Source: an uncultured Bacteroidia bacterium (GTDB taxonomy: Bacteria > Bacteroidota > Bacteroidia > Bacteroidales > F082). From it: DNA of 64,000 bases. The notes below the pieces were generated by a model. The model was not told the origin of the DNA and searched no databases. It saw nothing but the letters and a program-made list of their open reading frames with translations. Position 1 is the stretch's first letter. Every line of letters begins with the position of its first letter. This document shows, piece by piece, positions 1 to 7,457 of the stretch. The position numbers were made by a program, and so were the translations under genes. The stretch spans positions 9,537 to 73,536 of the forward strand of contig CADAFC010000001.1 in assembly GCA_902787095.1 (NCBI GenBank). The letters are read 5' to 3'.

Positions 1-123
1 GAAAAGCGGCATGTGAGTAAGTTTAAACAAAGCTCCGATCATAACGATTGAAGCACCAATACCGTAAAGCTTCGCCATGAAATTCTTATAGCCTCTGCTT
101 TCTGATAACTCTTTGAATGACAT
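1..123 (-). CDS. porL: T9SS/gliding protein PorL/GldL, first 41 codons only (gene continues off the left edge)
   Basis: The reverse complement of 1..123 reads MSFKELSESRGYKNFMAKLYGIGASIVMIGALFKLTHMPLF with no stop. This is a GldL/PorL-type N-terminus (first TM helix). It lies directly downstream of a PorK-like gene in the canonical porP-porK-porL order. It is absent from the ORF track because it is truncated. Confidence 0.7.
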   Translation of the reverse strand, partial: MSFKELSESRGYKNFMAKLYGIGASIVMIGALFKLTHMPLF

Positions 124-160
124 ATTTTTAATTTTTTATTTTTTATTTTCATTTTATTTT

Positions 161-252
161 GTCATTTCGAGATTGTCGGAGATTTATTCGCTTTTAGCGA
201 ATGCTTTCGCTTCGCTCAGGTCTCCATTTCACTTCGTTTCAGTCGAAATGAC
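161..252. repeat. Palindromic intergenic repeat element, copy A (two inverted GTCATTTCGA...units around a central ATTCGC/GCGAAT hairpin)
   Basis: The termini gtcatttcga (161..170) and tcgaaatgac (243..252) are exact reverse complements. There is an internal hairpin attcgc-ttttа-gcgaat at about 186..202. Related units occur at 6181..6216 and 14727..14817. Confidence 0.7.
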
Positions 253-260
253 GGCGTTTA

Positions 261-1637
261 TCAATTGTATACTCTTGATGCCTTGCTTGGGTTGTCGCCT
301 TTGTTTCTGCCGAGGTAAGGCTGGATGCAGCGGAATCCGATGTAGCACTTTGCTGTGTCCTGATATTCGTAGGCGCGTGTTGTCACCTGGAGGTAGTAAG
401 AGATATCTTTCCATGAGCCACCGCGCACCACTTTTCTCTTCATGACCGGGTCGTCGGTCTCCTTGGCGTTGTACTGATAGTCAGGATTCATATCCCATGA
501 GAAGTTGTATGACGACGGGTCGAAAGCGCTTGATGTCCATTCTGCCACGTTGCCTGCCATGTCATATAGGCCCCAGTCGTTTGCCGGGAAGTGTCCGACC
601 ACAAGTGTGGTGAGGCCGCCGTCGGCGATGTAGTTACCGCGCAAAGGTTTGAAGTTGGCGAGCAGACAGCCTTTCTCGTTGCGTGCGTATGGGCCGCCCC
701 ATGGATATGGGTTCAGCTGATGTCCGCCGCGTGCTGCCCATTCCCACTCAGCCTCGGTAGGCAGACGGAACTCTGACAGGTCGGCTTTGCCTTTCTGCTT
801 TGCGATGTAGTTGTTGAGTTTCGCTGTACGCCACACACAGAAAGCACGTGCCTGGTTCCAGTTGACACCAACCACCGGGTAGTTGTCGTAAGCCTGGTGC
901 CAGAAATATCTCTCTGTCAGCGGGTCGTTGAATGAGTATGAGTAGTCATAAATCCATGCCAAGGTGTCAGGATAGACGTTGATTTCCTCGTTATGGACAT
1001 ATACCGAACGGTCGGTCATACCCTGAGGACGGTTGGCGAAAGCTCCGTTGCGCGGGTCGGCACCTTCTCTGAACTCTTTCTTGGCAGCTGCTCTGTAGTC
1101 AATGTAGCTGTAGTGATAGAATAGCTTGCGGGCATCAATCTCTTTCTTTCCCCAGAAGCGCTCGTTCTCTGGGATATAGAGCTGCTCGAGAGCCTCTCTG
1201 TAATCCTGGTTGTCGCTGCGCCATTCTATCTTCTCGTCCCAGTTGAGGATAGGTGTGTCGTACACCTCGCCAGTCTTTCTGTTCTGGGTGATGAGATATT
1301 TGTCAGGGTCAACCTCGCCGAGATAGGTACGGGCCAACGAGTCACGCACGTAGTACACGAACTCACGGTATTCATTGTTGGTGATCTCTGTCTCATCCAT
1401 GAAGAATGACGACACCGAGATGGTCTTACCTTGTGTCAGATAAGTGCCAGCGATGTCCTGACCGCCTACTCCCATGGTATAGCTGCCCATCGGGACAAAC
1501 ACCATTCCGTAAGGATCCGGCTGGTAAAACGGCTTTGATTTCTTTCTAACGCCAGTAAGCTCACCCTGGTCGCTGTTGCTTGTGCTGCAACCCACCAAGA
1601 TGACTGCTATCAAGCTCATTAACAAAAACTTTTTCAT
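261..1637 (-). CDS. porK: T9SS lipoprotein PorK/GldK (FGE-sulfatase/SUMF1-fold)
   Basis: 458 aa with a lipoprotein signal (LIAVILVGCS). The C-terminus has FGE-sulfatase motifs (RGGSW, GFRC). The gene is flanked by PorP/SprF-like and PorL-like genes. Confidence 0.85.
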   Translation of the reverse strand: MKKFLLMSLIAVILVGCSTSNSDQGELTGVRKKSKPFYQPDPYGMVFVPMGSYTMGVGGQDIAGTYLTQGKTISVSSFFMDETEITNNEYREFVYYVRDSLARTYLGEVDPDKYLITQNRKTGEVYDTPILNWDEKIEWRSDNQDYREALEQLYIPENERFWGKKEIDARKLFYHYSYIDYRAAAKKEFREGADPRNGAFANRPQGMTDRSVYVHNEEINVYPDTLAWIYDYSYSFNDPLTERYFWHQAYDNYPVVGVNWNQARAFCVWRTAKLNNYIAKQKGKADLSEFRLPTEAEWEWAARGGHQLNPYPWGGPYARNEKGCLLANFKPLRGNYIADGGLTTLVVGHFPANDWGLYDMAGNVAEWTSSAFDPSSYNFSWDMNPDYQYNAKETDDPVMKRKVVRGGSWKDISYYLQVTTRAYEYQDTAKCYIGFRCIQPYLGRNKGDNPSKASRVYN

Positions 1638-1767
1638 CTTATCGTCGTTATTTATTTAACTATTTTCACTTTATAAAAGACGTCTAAAAAAAGCGTCCAA
1701 AAATATCATATTTTCTTTTATTCCCGACAAAAACCTTTCAACATGCCAAAAATTTTATCAACATCAT

Positions 1768-2730
1768 TTACAAATATCGGATGCTACGGTAGATACGCGG
1801 CGACTTGTCGGTGTCAAGCTTGAAGTTGTACCTCACCGAGACCTCATGCGAGCCTGGGAGCTTCAGCCCTAACGTATTGATATCGTAAGCATAAGATATC
1901 TCAATTCCCTTTATCACGAAGCTGACGAGCAAGTCGACAGACTCCTGATACCTGTAGTTAACGCCAAAACTGAACTTATTATTGTACCACAGTCGGGCAG
2001 TGGCGTTAAATTGTGTCGAGGCAATGTCGCTGAGCATCATCACCGACGGGTTGATCACGAACCTCGGGTCGGAGGCGAACTGGTACTCGTAACCTGCCAT
2101 CACGTAGAACGTGCGGTCGCCAACCATACTTGCGCTTGTCGACGACTTGCCTTCGAGGGCTTTTCCTTTGCGTTCCAGCAAATTGGTGGTCGAAGCGGCT
2201 ATGTAAAACGTCTCCGGCACCTCGTAGAAAAGTCCGAGATTGAAGTCAAAGAGCATGTCGGACTGCTGTCCTGACGGGATTGCGTTATCGTTGTCGTTCA
2301 ACGGATGCGCCTTCGAGAAGTCGATGGAGCGGTTGTTGAAACTCAACGCCAGACCCAGTCCCAAGGTTCCCATACCAAGGTCGAAATGGTACGAATAACC
2401 GAGGTTCACAGCGGTGTTCGACTCAAAACCCAGCTGGTCTTTCATAATCGAGAGACCCACGCCGCCTCCAAGAATCTTGATCGGCATGTCGCCTGTGAGG
2501 AAGAACGTGCGCGGTGACACCACATCACCCGTGTTGTCATCCTTGAAGCCTGTCCACTGGTTACGGTATGTTGCCATGACGTTCACACCCTCGCTCATTC
2601 CGTAGAAGCCTGGGTTTATCAACGCATAAGAGTTGCTATAATTGGTAAACATCGGAGCTTGCTGTGCCTGCAATCCGCTGATTATCAACATACTCAGCAA
2701 TAAAAATAATATTTTTATACTTTTATGCAT
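1768..2730 (-). CDS. porP: PorP/SprF family T9SS outer-membrane beta-barrel protein
   Basis: 320 aa. A signal peptide is followed by AQQAPMFTNYSNSYALINPGFYG, the typical PorP/SprF N-terminus. It sits upstream of porK. Confidence 0.85.
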   Translation of the reverse strand: MHKSIKILFLLLSMLIISGLQAQQAPMFTNYSNSYALINPGFYGMSEGVNVMATYRNQWTGFKDDNTGDVVSPRTFFLTGDMPIKILGGGVGLSIMKDQLGFESNTAVNLGYSYHFDLGMGTLGLGLALSFNNRSIDFSKAHPLNDNDNAIPSGQQSDMLFDFNLGLFYEVPETFYIAASTTNLLERKGKALEGKSSTSASMVGDRTFYVMAGYEYQFASDPRFVINPSVMMLSDIASTQFNATARLWYNNKFSFGVNYRYQESVDLLVSFVIKGIEISYAYDINTLGLKLPGSHEVSVRYNFKLDTDKSPRIYRSIRYL

Positions 2731-2787
2731 TGTGATTTTAACGCTTTGTTTTTTATTTTATTGTGTTTATCAACATTTTTTCAACAA

Positions 2788-4257
2788 TTACCTGAAGAGC
2801 CTGATAATATCGTTACCGTTCGCGTAGATGAGAAGCATAAGCAGGAAGATAAAACCTATCGTGGTTGCTCTTTCGAGGAACTTGTCGCTTGGCTTGCGGC
2901 CTGTTATCACCTCCCAGATGAGGAAGAGCACGTGGCCGCCGTCCAGACCTGGTATCGGCAGTATGTTCATCACTGCGAGGATGATGGAGAGGAACGCCGT
3001 CATCTCCCAGAACTGACGCCAGATGAAGGTGTCGGGGAAGATGCTTCCGATGGCGATGAAGCCGCCGAGGCTCTCGTAAGCTCCGGTCTTCGGGTTGACG
3101 ATGAGTTTCAGCTGTTTCCAGTAGTCGCTGAGCATCTTGCCTGTCATCTTGAAGCCTCTCGGTATCGAGCGCCAGAAGGAGTATTCCTTGGTTGAGACCT
3201 GCAGCATCTGTGCGGCATACACTCCGATGGTGGCGTCACCGCCCACATGTGTCAGATACGTCAGAGTGTCGATGTCACGCACCACCGTGATATTGACGTC
3301 TTCGCTTTTATAATTGACGATTTCTTTCTTAAAGTCTTGGAAATAAGGTATCTCCACCTCGTTGATACCGATAATCCTGTCGTTCACCTGCAGTCCGGCT
3401 TTCTCGGCATACGAGCCATTGGAGAAGCCGCCCACCACGAAAGGCATCCTCGTGCTGATAAAGGCTGAACGTGCCTTAAGTATCTGGTTCACAGCGTCGT
3501 CAGGAAGCTCGACCACCACTTTCTCGCCGTCACGCTCCACCTCTATGTAGTCGGTCTTCTCAAGAATCATCTGCATCGGAATCTGACTGAAGTCTTCGAT
3601 GTATTCTCCGTTGACTGTCAATATCTTGTCGCCGTCACGCAGACCGAGGTTATAGCCCAGGCTGTCGACCGTGATGCCGTATTTGTTGACTTCCTCTGTA
3701 GAGATATACTGCTCACCGTAATGTGCTATGAGTCCGATATATATCAAGATAGCGAGAATCACGTTCATGCACACGCCGCCTATCATGATGATGAGTCGTT
3801 GCCATGCCGGCTTGGTGCGGAACTCCCAAGGCTGTGGCTCTTGTGCCATCTGTGCCTGGTCCATTGACTCGTCAATCATGCCCGCAATCTTGCAGTAACC
3901 GCCGAGCGGCACCCATCCGAGACCGAACTCAGTCGAGTTCTCCGCCCTACGCCAGTCGTCTTCCGGCAAGGTGTTAAGGTCGATTTTCTCGTAAGAATAG
4001 TCTTTTTTCTTCGTCAGAGGGTTGACAGTCTCGTGAGTGATATATTTTTCAGGCTCGTTTTTCTTGAAAAACTTGAATCTCCACTTGCCGTTTACTTTTT
4101 TACACCTGAAAATCGAGAATTTCCAGTCGAAAAACATATAAAACTTCTCGACCCGCACACCGAAGATGCGTGATGCTATGAAATGCCCGAATTCATGGAT
4201 AATCACAAGGATTGAAAGGGCTAAAATAAGCTGAATTATCTTTATTAATACCGCCAT
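2788..4257 (-). CDS. rseP: RIP zinc metalloprotease RseP (site-2 protease)
   Basis: 489 aa with an HEFGH motif in the first TM segment (IIHEFGHFIASR). It has central PDZ-like regions and a C-terminal LDGG motif (PIPGLDGGHV). Confidence 0.9.
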   Translation of the reverse strand: MAVLIKIIQLILALSILVIIHEFGHFIASRIFGVRVEKFYMFFDWKFSIFRCKKVNGKWRFKFFKKNEPEKYITHETVNPLTKKKDYSYEKIDLNTLPEDDWRRAENSTEFGLGWVPLGGYCKIAGMIDESMDQAQMAQEPQPWEFRTKPAWQRLIIMIGGVCMNVILAILIYIGLIAHYGEQYISTEEVNKYGITVDSLGYNLGLRDGDKILTVNGEYIEDFSQIPMQMILEKTDYIEVERDGEKVVVELPDDAVNQILKARSAFISTRMPFVVGGFSNGSYAEKAGLQVNDRIIGINEVEIPYFQDFKKEIVNYKSEDVNITVVRDIDTLTYLTHVGGDATIGVYAAQMLQVSTKEYSFWRSIPRGFKMTGKMLSDYWKQLKLIVNPKTGAYESLGGFIAIGSIFPDTFIWRQFWEMTAFLSIILAVMNILPIPGLDGGHVLFLIWEVITGRKPSDKFLERATTIGFIFLLMLLIYANGNDIIRLFR

Positions 4258-4328
4258 TTTTCTTTACAAAATTATGAAACTGCAAAGATAGGTATTTTTC
4301 TTGAAATCAGGGTGAGAAATTTTTATTT

Positions 4329-5066
4329 TCATTCAAAAGAAATATAATCTTCGGGATTGAGTGGCATCCCTTTAAACCAGAGTTCGAAATGCAGATGCGT
4401 GCCTGTGGAGGTGCTTCCGCCCTTGCCTATGATGGCTATAGGGTCACCCGTATTCACGATGTCGCCCTCTTGATGAAGCAGTGCAGCGTTGTGTTTATAG
4501 ACCGAAATGATATTCTTATCATGTTGAATACCAATGGTATAGCCTCCTTGGGTACTCCAGTCGGCGAACACCACTGTGCCGTTCCACATCGCTTTGATGA
4601 CCTCGTCGGCATCAGCCACTATATCTATGCCATAATGCTTGTCATTGTAGTTAAACCTGCTGGTAATCATACCGTTAAGCGGGGCGACGAACACTGGCAC
4701 CTCGTCCACATATATATTAATAGGTATGTAGCCGTCGTCGATATCCTCGTTGTTGATGATATGTTTGAGGTTGCGCAGGTAGATGTCGTTTTGGTGCAGT
4801 ATACTTTCCAGTGAGTCGGCTTTCTGCTCCATATTAAACACGCGGCGGTTTAGTGTCACGTCGGTGTAGCCCGGGATATACTCGCGGATCGGGGTGAAGA
4901 CGATAAGGCAAGATGTGAGTGTGATTAGCAGTACGGTGTAAAAGAAAACCACCGTCGTCAGTCGTATCTTACTCATGTTAAACCTGCCTCGTTCCTCGAG
5001 GGTCTCGGGATGTATGATGACGATCCTGAACTTTTTACTGAAGTTTTTAAACCAACCTTTTTTCAT
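4329..5066 (-). CDS. M23 family (LytM-like) metallopeptidase, membrane anchored
   Basis: Motifs HYGIDIVA and THLHFELW, plus one N-terminal TM helix. I set the start at the internal ATG (MKKGWF, 5064..5066). The longer ORF to 5192 would overlap the upstream acyltransferase by more than 100 nt. Confidence 0.85.
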   Translation of the reverse strand: MKKGWFKNFSKKFRIVIIHPETLEERGRFNMSKIRLTTVVFFYTVLLITLTSCLIVFTPIREYIPGYTDVTLNRRVFNMEQKADSLESILHQNDIYLRNLKHIINNEDIDDGYIPINIYVDEVPVFVAPLNGMITSRFNYNDKHYGIDIVADADEVIKAMWNGTVVFADWSTQGGYTIGIQHDKNIISVYKHNAALLHQEGDIVNTGDPIAIIGKGGSTSTGTHLHFELWFKGMPLNPEDYISFE

Positions 5067-5074
5067 TTTCGCAA

Positions 5075-5629
5075 TTATTCCAGATTGAAACAACCTTTTT
5101 TCTTGCCTTGCATCCCACGGTAGAACTCCTCGAGCATCGGCCAGTCTTTCTCGAAGTCGCCGCATGGCATGAACGACGGGCCGTAGCCGCACGTCTTAGT
5201 CTTGAAGTCGATAAAACCAAGAACCACAGGCACTTTCGACAGCTCGGCTATGTAATAGAAGCCGCGTTTCCACTTCTCGACGCGTTTGCGTGTGCCTTCA
5301 GGGGTTATGACGATGTTGAGTTCGTCGTACTGGTGGAACACCACAGCGGTCTTTGTCACCATGTTATTGCCTTTGCTGCGGTCGACGGGTATGCCGCCGA
5401 TTTTTCTCAGGAACCAGCCAAGGCCGAATTTAAAGAACTCTTTTTTTATCAGGAACTTCACTTCACGGCCTTCCATCCAGAAGAAGCAACGCCCGATGAC
5501 GAAGTCCTCGATGCTGGTATGCGGAGCGCATATTACGATACTCTTCTTGACACCTTCCGGAAACTGTCCTTTGAAGGTAAAACCTCTCATTTTGAGGTAG
5601 TTACGACCGAACCATTTCTTAAAACTCAT
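5075..5629 (-). CDS. Lysophospholipid (1-acyl-sn-glycerol-3-phosphate type) acyltransferase family protein
   Basis: 184 aa with the HX4D acyltransferase motif (APHTSIEDF) and a later PEGTR motif. Confidence 0.7.
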   Translation of the reverse strand: MSFKKWFGRNYLKMRGFTFKGQFPEGVKKSIVICAPHTSIEDFVIGRCFFWMEGREVKFLIKKEFFKFGLGWFLRKIGGIPVDRSKGNNMVTKTAVVFHQYDELNIVITPEGTRKRVEKWKRGFYYIAELSKVPVVLGFIDFKTKTCGYGPSFMPCGDFEKDWPMLEEFYRGMQGKKKGCFNLE

Positions 5630-7314
5630 ATATCTATGTTGAGGCCGAGGCCTTTTTTAAGGGTTAAAACATTGGGGTTGAGTTCCGCCATCTTCTCGAA
5701 GCGGCTGCGGTCGGTGTATATGACCTCGTCTTTGGGCTTCTCGACGATATGATGTATGAGTTTGAACTGGTTGTTGTCGAGTTCCTTGGCGAGGTGCTCA
5801 CGCAGCTGTCCGATATGTTGCATGTCGTTGACAACCAATATGTTATCAACTTGATAGTTAATCTCGAAATTATCTCCCAGCGTGGGTGTATATTTCCCGA
5901 TGCCGGCCACGAAATTCGGAGCGGTGTTTTTGTTTTCCGTCATGAACTTCGTCCACGCATTAGCCAACATCTCCTGCGTAAAAGGGTTGTTTCTCACCTC
6001 TACTGGTGCATCGGAGGCTTTTTTTTGAGGCTCGGTGTCGTTGATAGATATGGTGCCTGGGCGGCGGACGCGCTGGACGGGGGTCGGGGCAGGCGTTGGG
6101 GCTGGTTGGGTCGGAGCAGGTGCTGGCGCCTTTGGAGCTGGTGCAGGTGCTGTCGGTTTGCTCACGTTTGCATTGTTTGAGATTTCTCGACTACGCTGCG
6201 TTTCGCTCGAAATGACGGCAACATTCGGTGTCCCTACCATCTTCATTAACGCAACCTCCAGATGCAAACGTTTGTTATTGGCGCTGCGGAAATTGATGTC
6301 GCATTCGTTGGCGAGGTCTAACGCCCTGAGGATGAATGCCGTATCACAACGTTCAGCCTGTTTGATGTAACGTTCCTGCAGCTGTTTGCTGACTTCCATC
6401 AGTGCCACCACACGCGGGTCTTTGCCGAGAAGGAGGTTGCGCAGATGGCTCGCCATGCCCTGGATGAAGTTCTGAGGGTCGAAACCTTTGTTTATCACCT
6501 CGTTGAGGAGCAGCAGCATGGAGTTGATGTCGCCTGCGAGGATGTTGTCGACCATCCTGAAATAGTATTCATAATCAAGGACATTGAGGTTGGTGATGAC
6601 ATCCTGATATGTGATGTTGTTGCCCGAGAAGCTCACCATCTGGTCGAAAATCGAGAGGGCGTCACGGAGGGCGCCGTCGGCTTTCTGTGCTATGATGTTG
6701 AGAGCCTCGTCTTCGGCTGTCACGCCTTCTTTAGCAGCGATATTACGCAGATGGTTGGCGATGTCTTCGACCGTTATACGCTTGAAATCAAAGATTTGGC
6801 AGCGCGACAATATCGTGGGCAGAATCTTATGTTTCTCGGTGGTGGCGAGTATGAACTTGGCGTACGCCGGCGGCTCCTCGAGGGTCTTGAGGAAGGCGTT
6901 GAATGCCGCGCCCGACAACATGTGGACCTCGTCGATGATGTACACCTTATATTTCCCGATTTGTGGCGGGATTCTCACCTGGTCGATGAGGGCGCGGATG
7001 TCATCTACACCGCTATTCGACGCCGCATCGAGTTCAAAGATGTTGAATGACGCGTTGTTGTTGAAACTCACACACGACTCGCATTCGTTACACGCCTCCA
7101 TGTCGTCGGTAGGATGCAAGCAGTTGATGGTCTTCGCCATGATACGTGCGCAGGTGGTCTTGCCCACTCCACGCGGACCGCAGAACAGGAACGCCTGTGC
7201 AAGGGTGTTGTTGCGTATCGCATTCTGCAAAGTCGACGTGATGGCATGCTGCCCCACCACGCTGTCGAAGGTCGAAGGCCTGTATTTTCGTGCCGATACA
7301 ATGAAATTTTCCAT
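5626..7314 (-). CDS. dnaX: DNA polymerase III subunit gamma/tau
   Basis: 562 aa with Walker A GPRGVGKTT, Walker B IIDEVHMLS and a Cys-rich zinc module (CNECESC). It has a Pro/Ala-rich linker and a tau-like C-terminal domain. Confidence 0.95.
   Translation of the reverse strand: MENFIVSARKYRPSTFDSVVGQHAITSTLQNAIRNNTLAQAFLFCGPRGVGKTTCARIMAKTINCLHPTDDMEACNECESCVSFNNNASFNIFELDAASNSGVDDIRALIDQVRIPPQIGKYKVYIIDEVHMLSGAAFNAFLKTLEEPPAYAKFILATTEKHKILPTILSRCQIFDFKRITVEDIANHLRNIAAKEGVTAEDEALNIIAQKADGALRDALSIFDQMVSFSGNNITYQDVITNLNVLDYEYYFRMVDNILAGDINSMLLLLNEVINKGFDPQNFIQGMASHLRNLLLGKDPRVVALMEVSKQLQERYIKQAERCDTAFILRALDLANECDINFRSANNKRLHLEVALMKMVGTPNVAVISSETQRSREISNNANVSKPTAPAPAPKAPAPAPTQPAPTPAPTPVQRVRRPGTISINDTEPQKKASDAPVEVRNNPFTQEMLANAWTKFMTENKNTAPNFVAGIGKYTPTLGDNFEINYQVDNILVVNDMQHIGQLREHLAKELDNNQFKLIHHIVEKPKDEVIYTDRSRFEKMAELNPNVLTLKKGLGLNIDI
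6181..6216. repeat. Single unit of the GTCATTTCGA repeat family, copy C, in frame inside dnaX
   Basis: The minus strand reads gtcatttcgagcgaaacgcagcgtagtcgagaaatc, translated in dnaX as VISSETQRSREI. The same head (gtcatttcga) and tail (gagaaatc-like) are found in the intergenic copies. Confidence 0.6.
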
Positions 7315-7421
7315 CTAAAATTAGCCTTTTATTCAGCTTGTAAAATTACAAAAATTTTGTCAAATTATTACTTCTATATATAATTTTTTTAAAATTTCGC
7401 CCGTTATACCAACGAATTTCT

Positions 7422-7429
7422 TATTTTTG
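7422..7429 (+). promoter_or_regulatory. Bacteroidetes-type -7 promoter box (TAnnTTTG) for the PorW/SprE-like gene
   Basis: tatttttg lies 29 nt upstream of the ATG at 7458, in an AT-rich intergenic region. Confidence 0.4.
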
Positions 7430-7457
7430 CAGTTTCGGATATTAGGCAAAAAGGACA

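Noticed and set aside
113-445. 110-aa plus-strand ORF spanning the porL-porK spacer
   Set aside because: It runs through the palindromic repeat and then antisense into porK. The composition is implausible (Phe/Cys/Ser-rich). I treat the repeat as non-coding.
5067-5192. Longer N-terminus for the M23 peptidase (ORF-track start at 5192)
   Set aside because: It would overlap the acyltransferase gene by 118 nt and add an Arg-rich non-homologous leader. The internal ATG at 5066 gives a sensible cytoplasmic tail plus TM helix, with an 8-nt spacing.
5749-6370. Plus-strand ORFs rich in Gly/Ala/Trp/Arg (143 aa and 111 aa)
   Set aside because: They are antisense to the Pro/Ala-rich linker of dnaX. The low-complexity sequence is an artefact of that linker.
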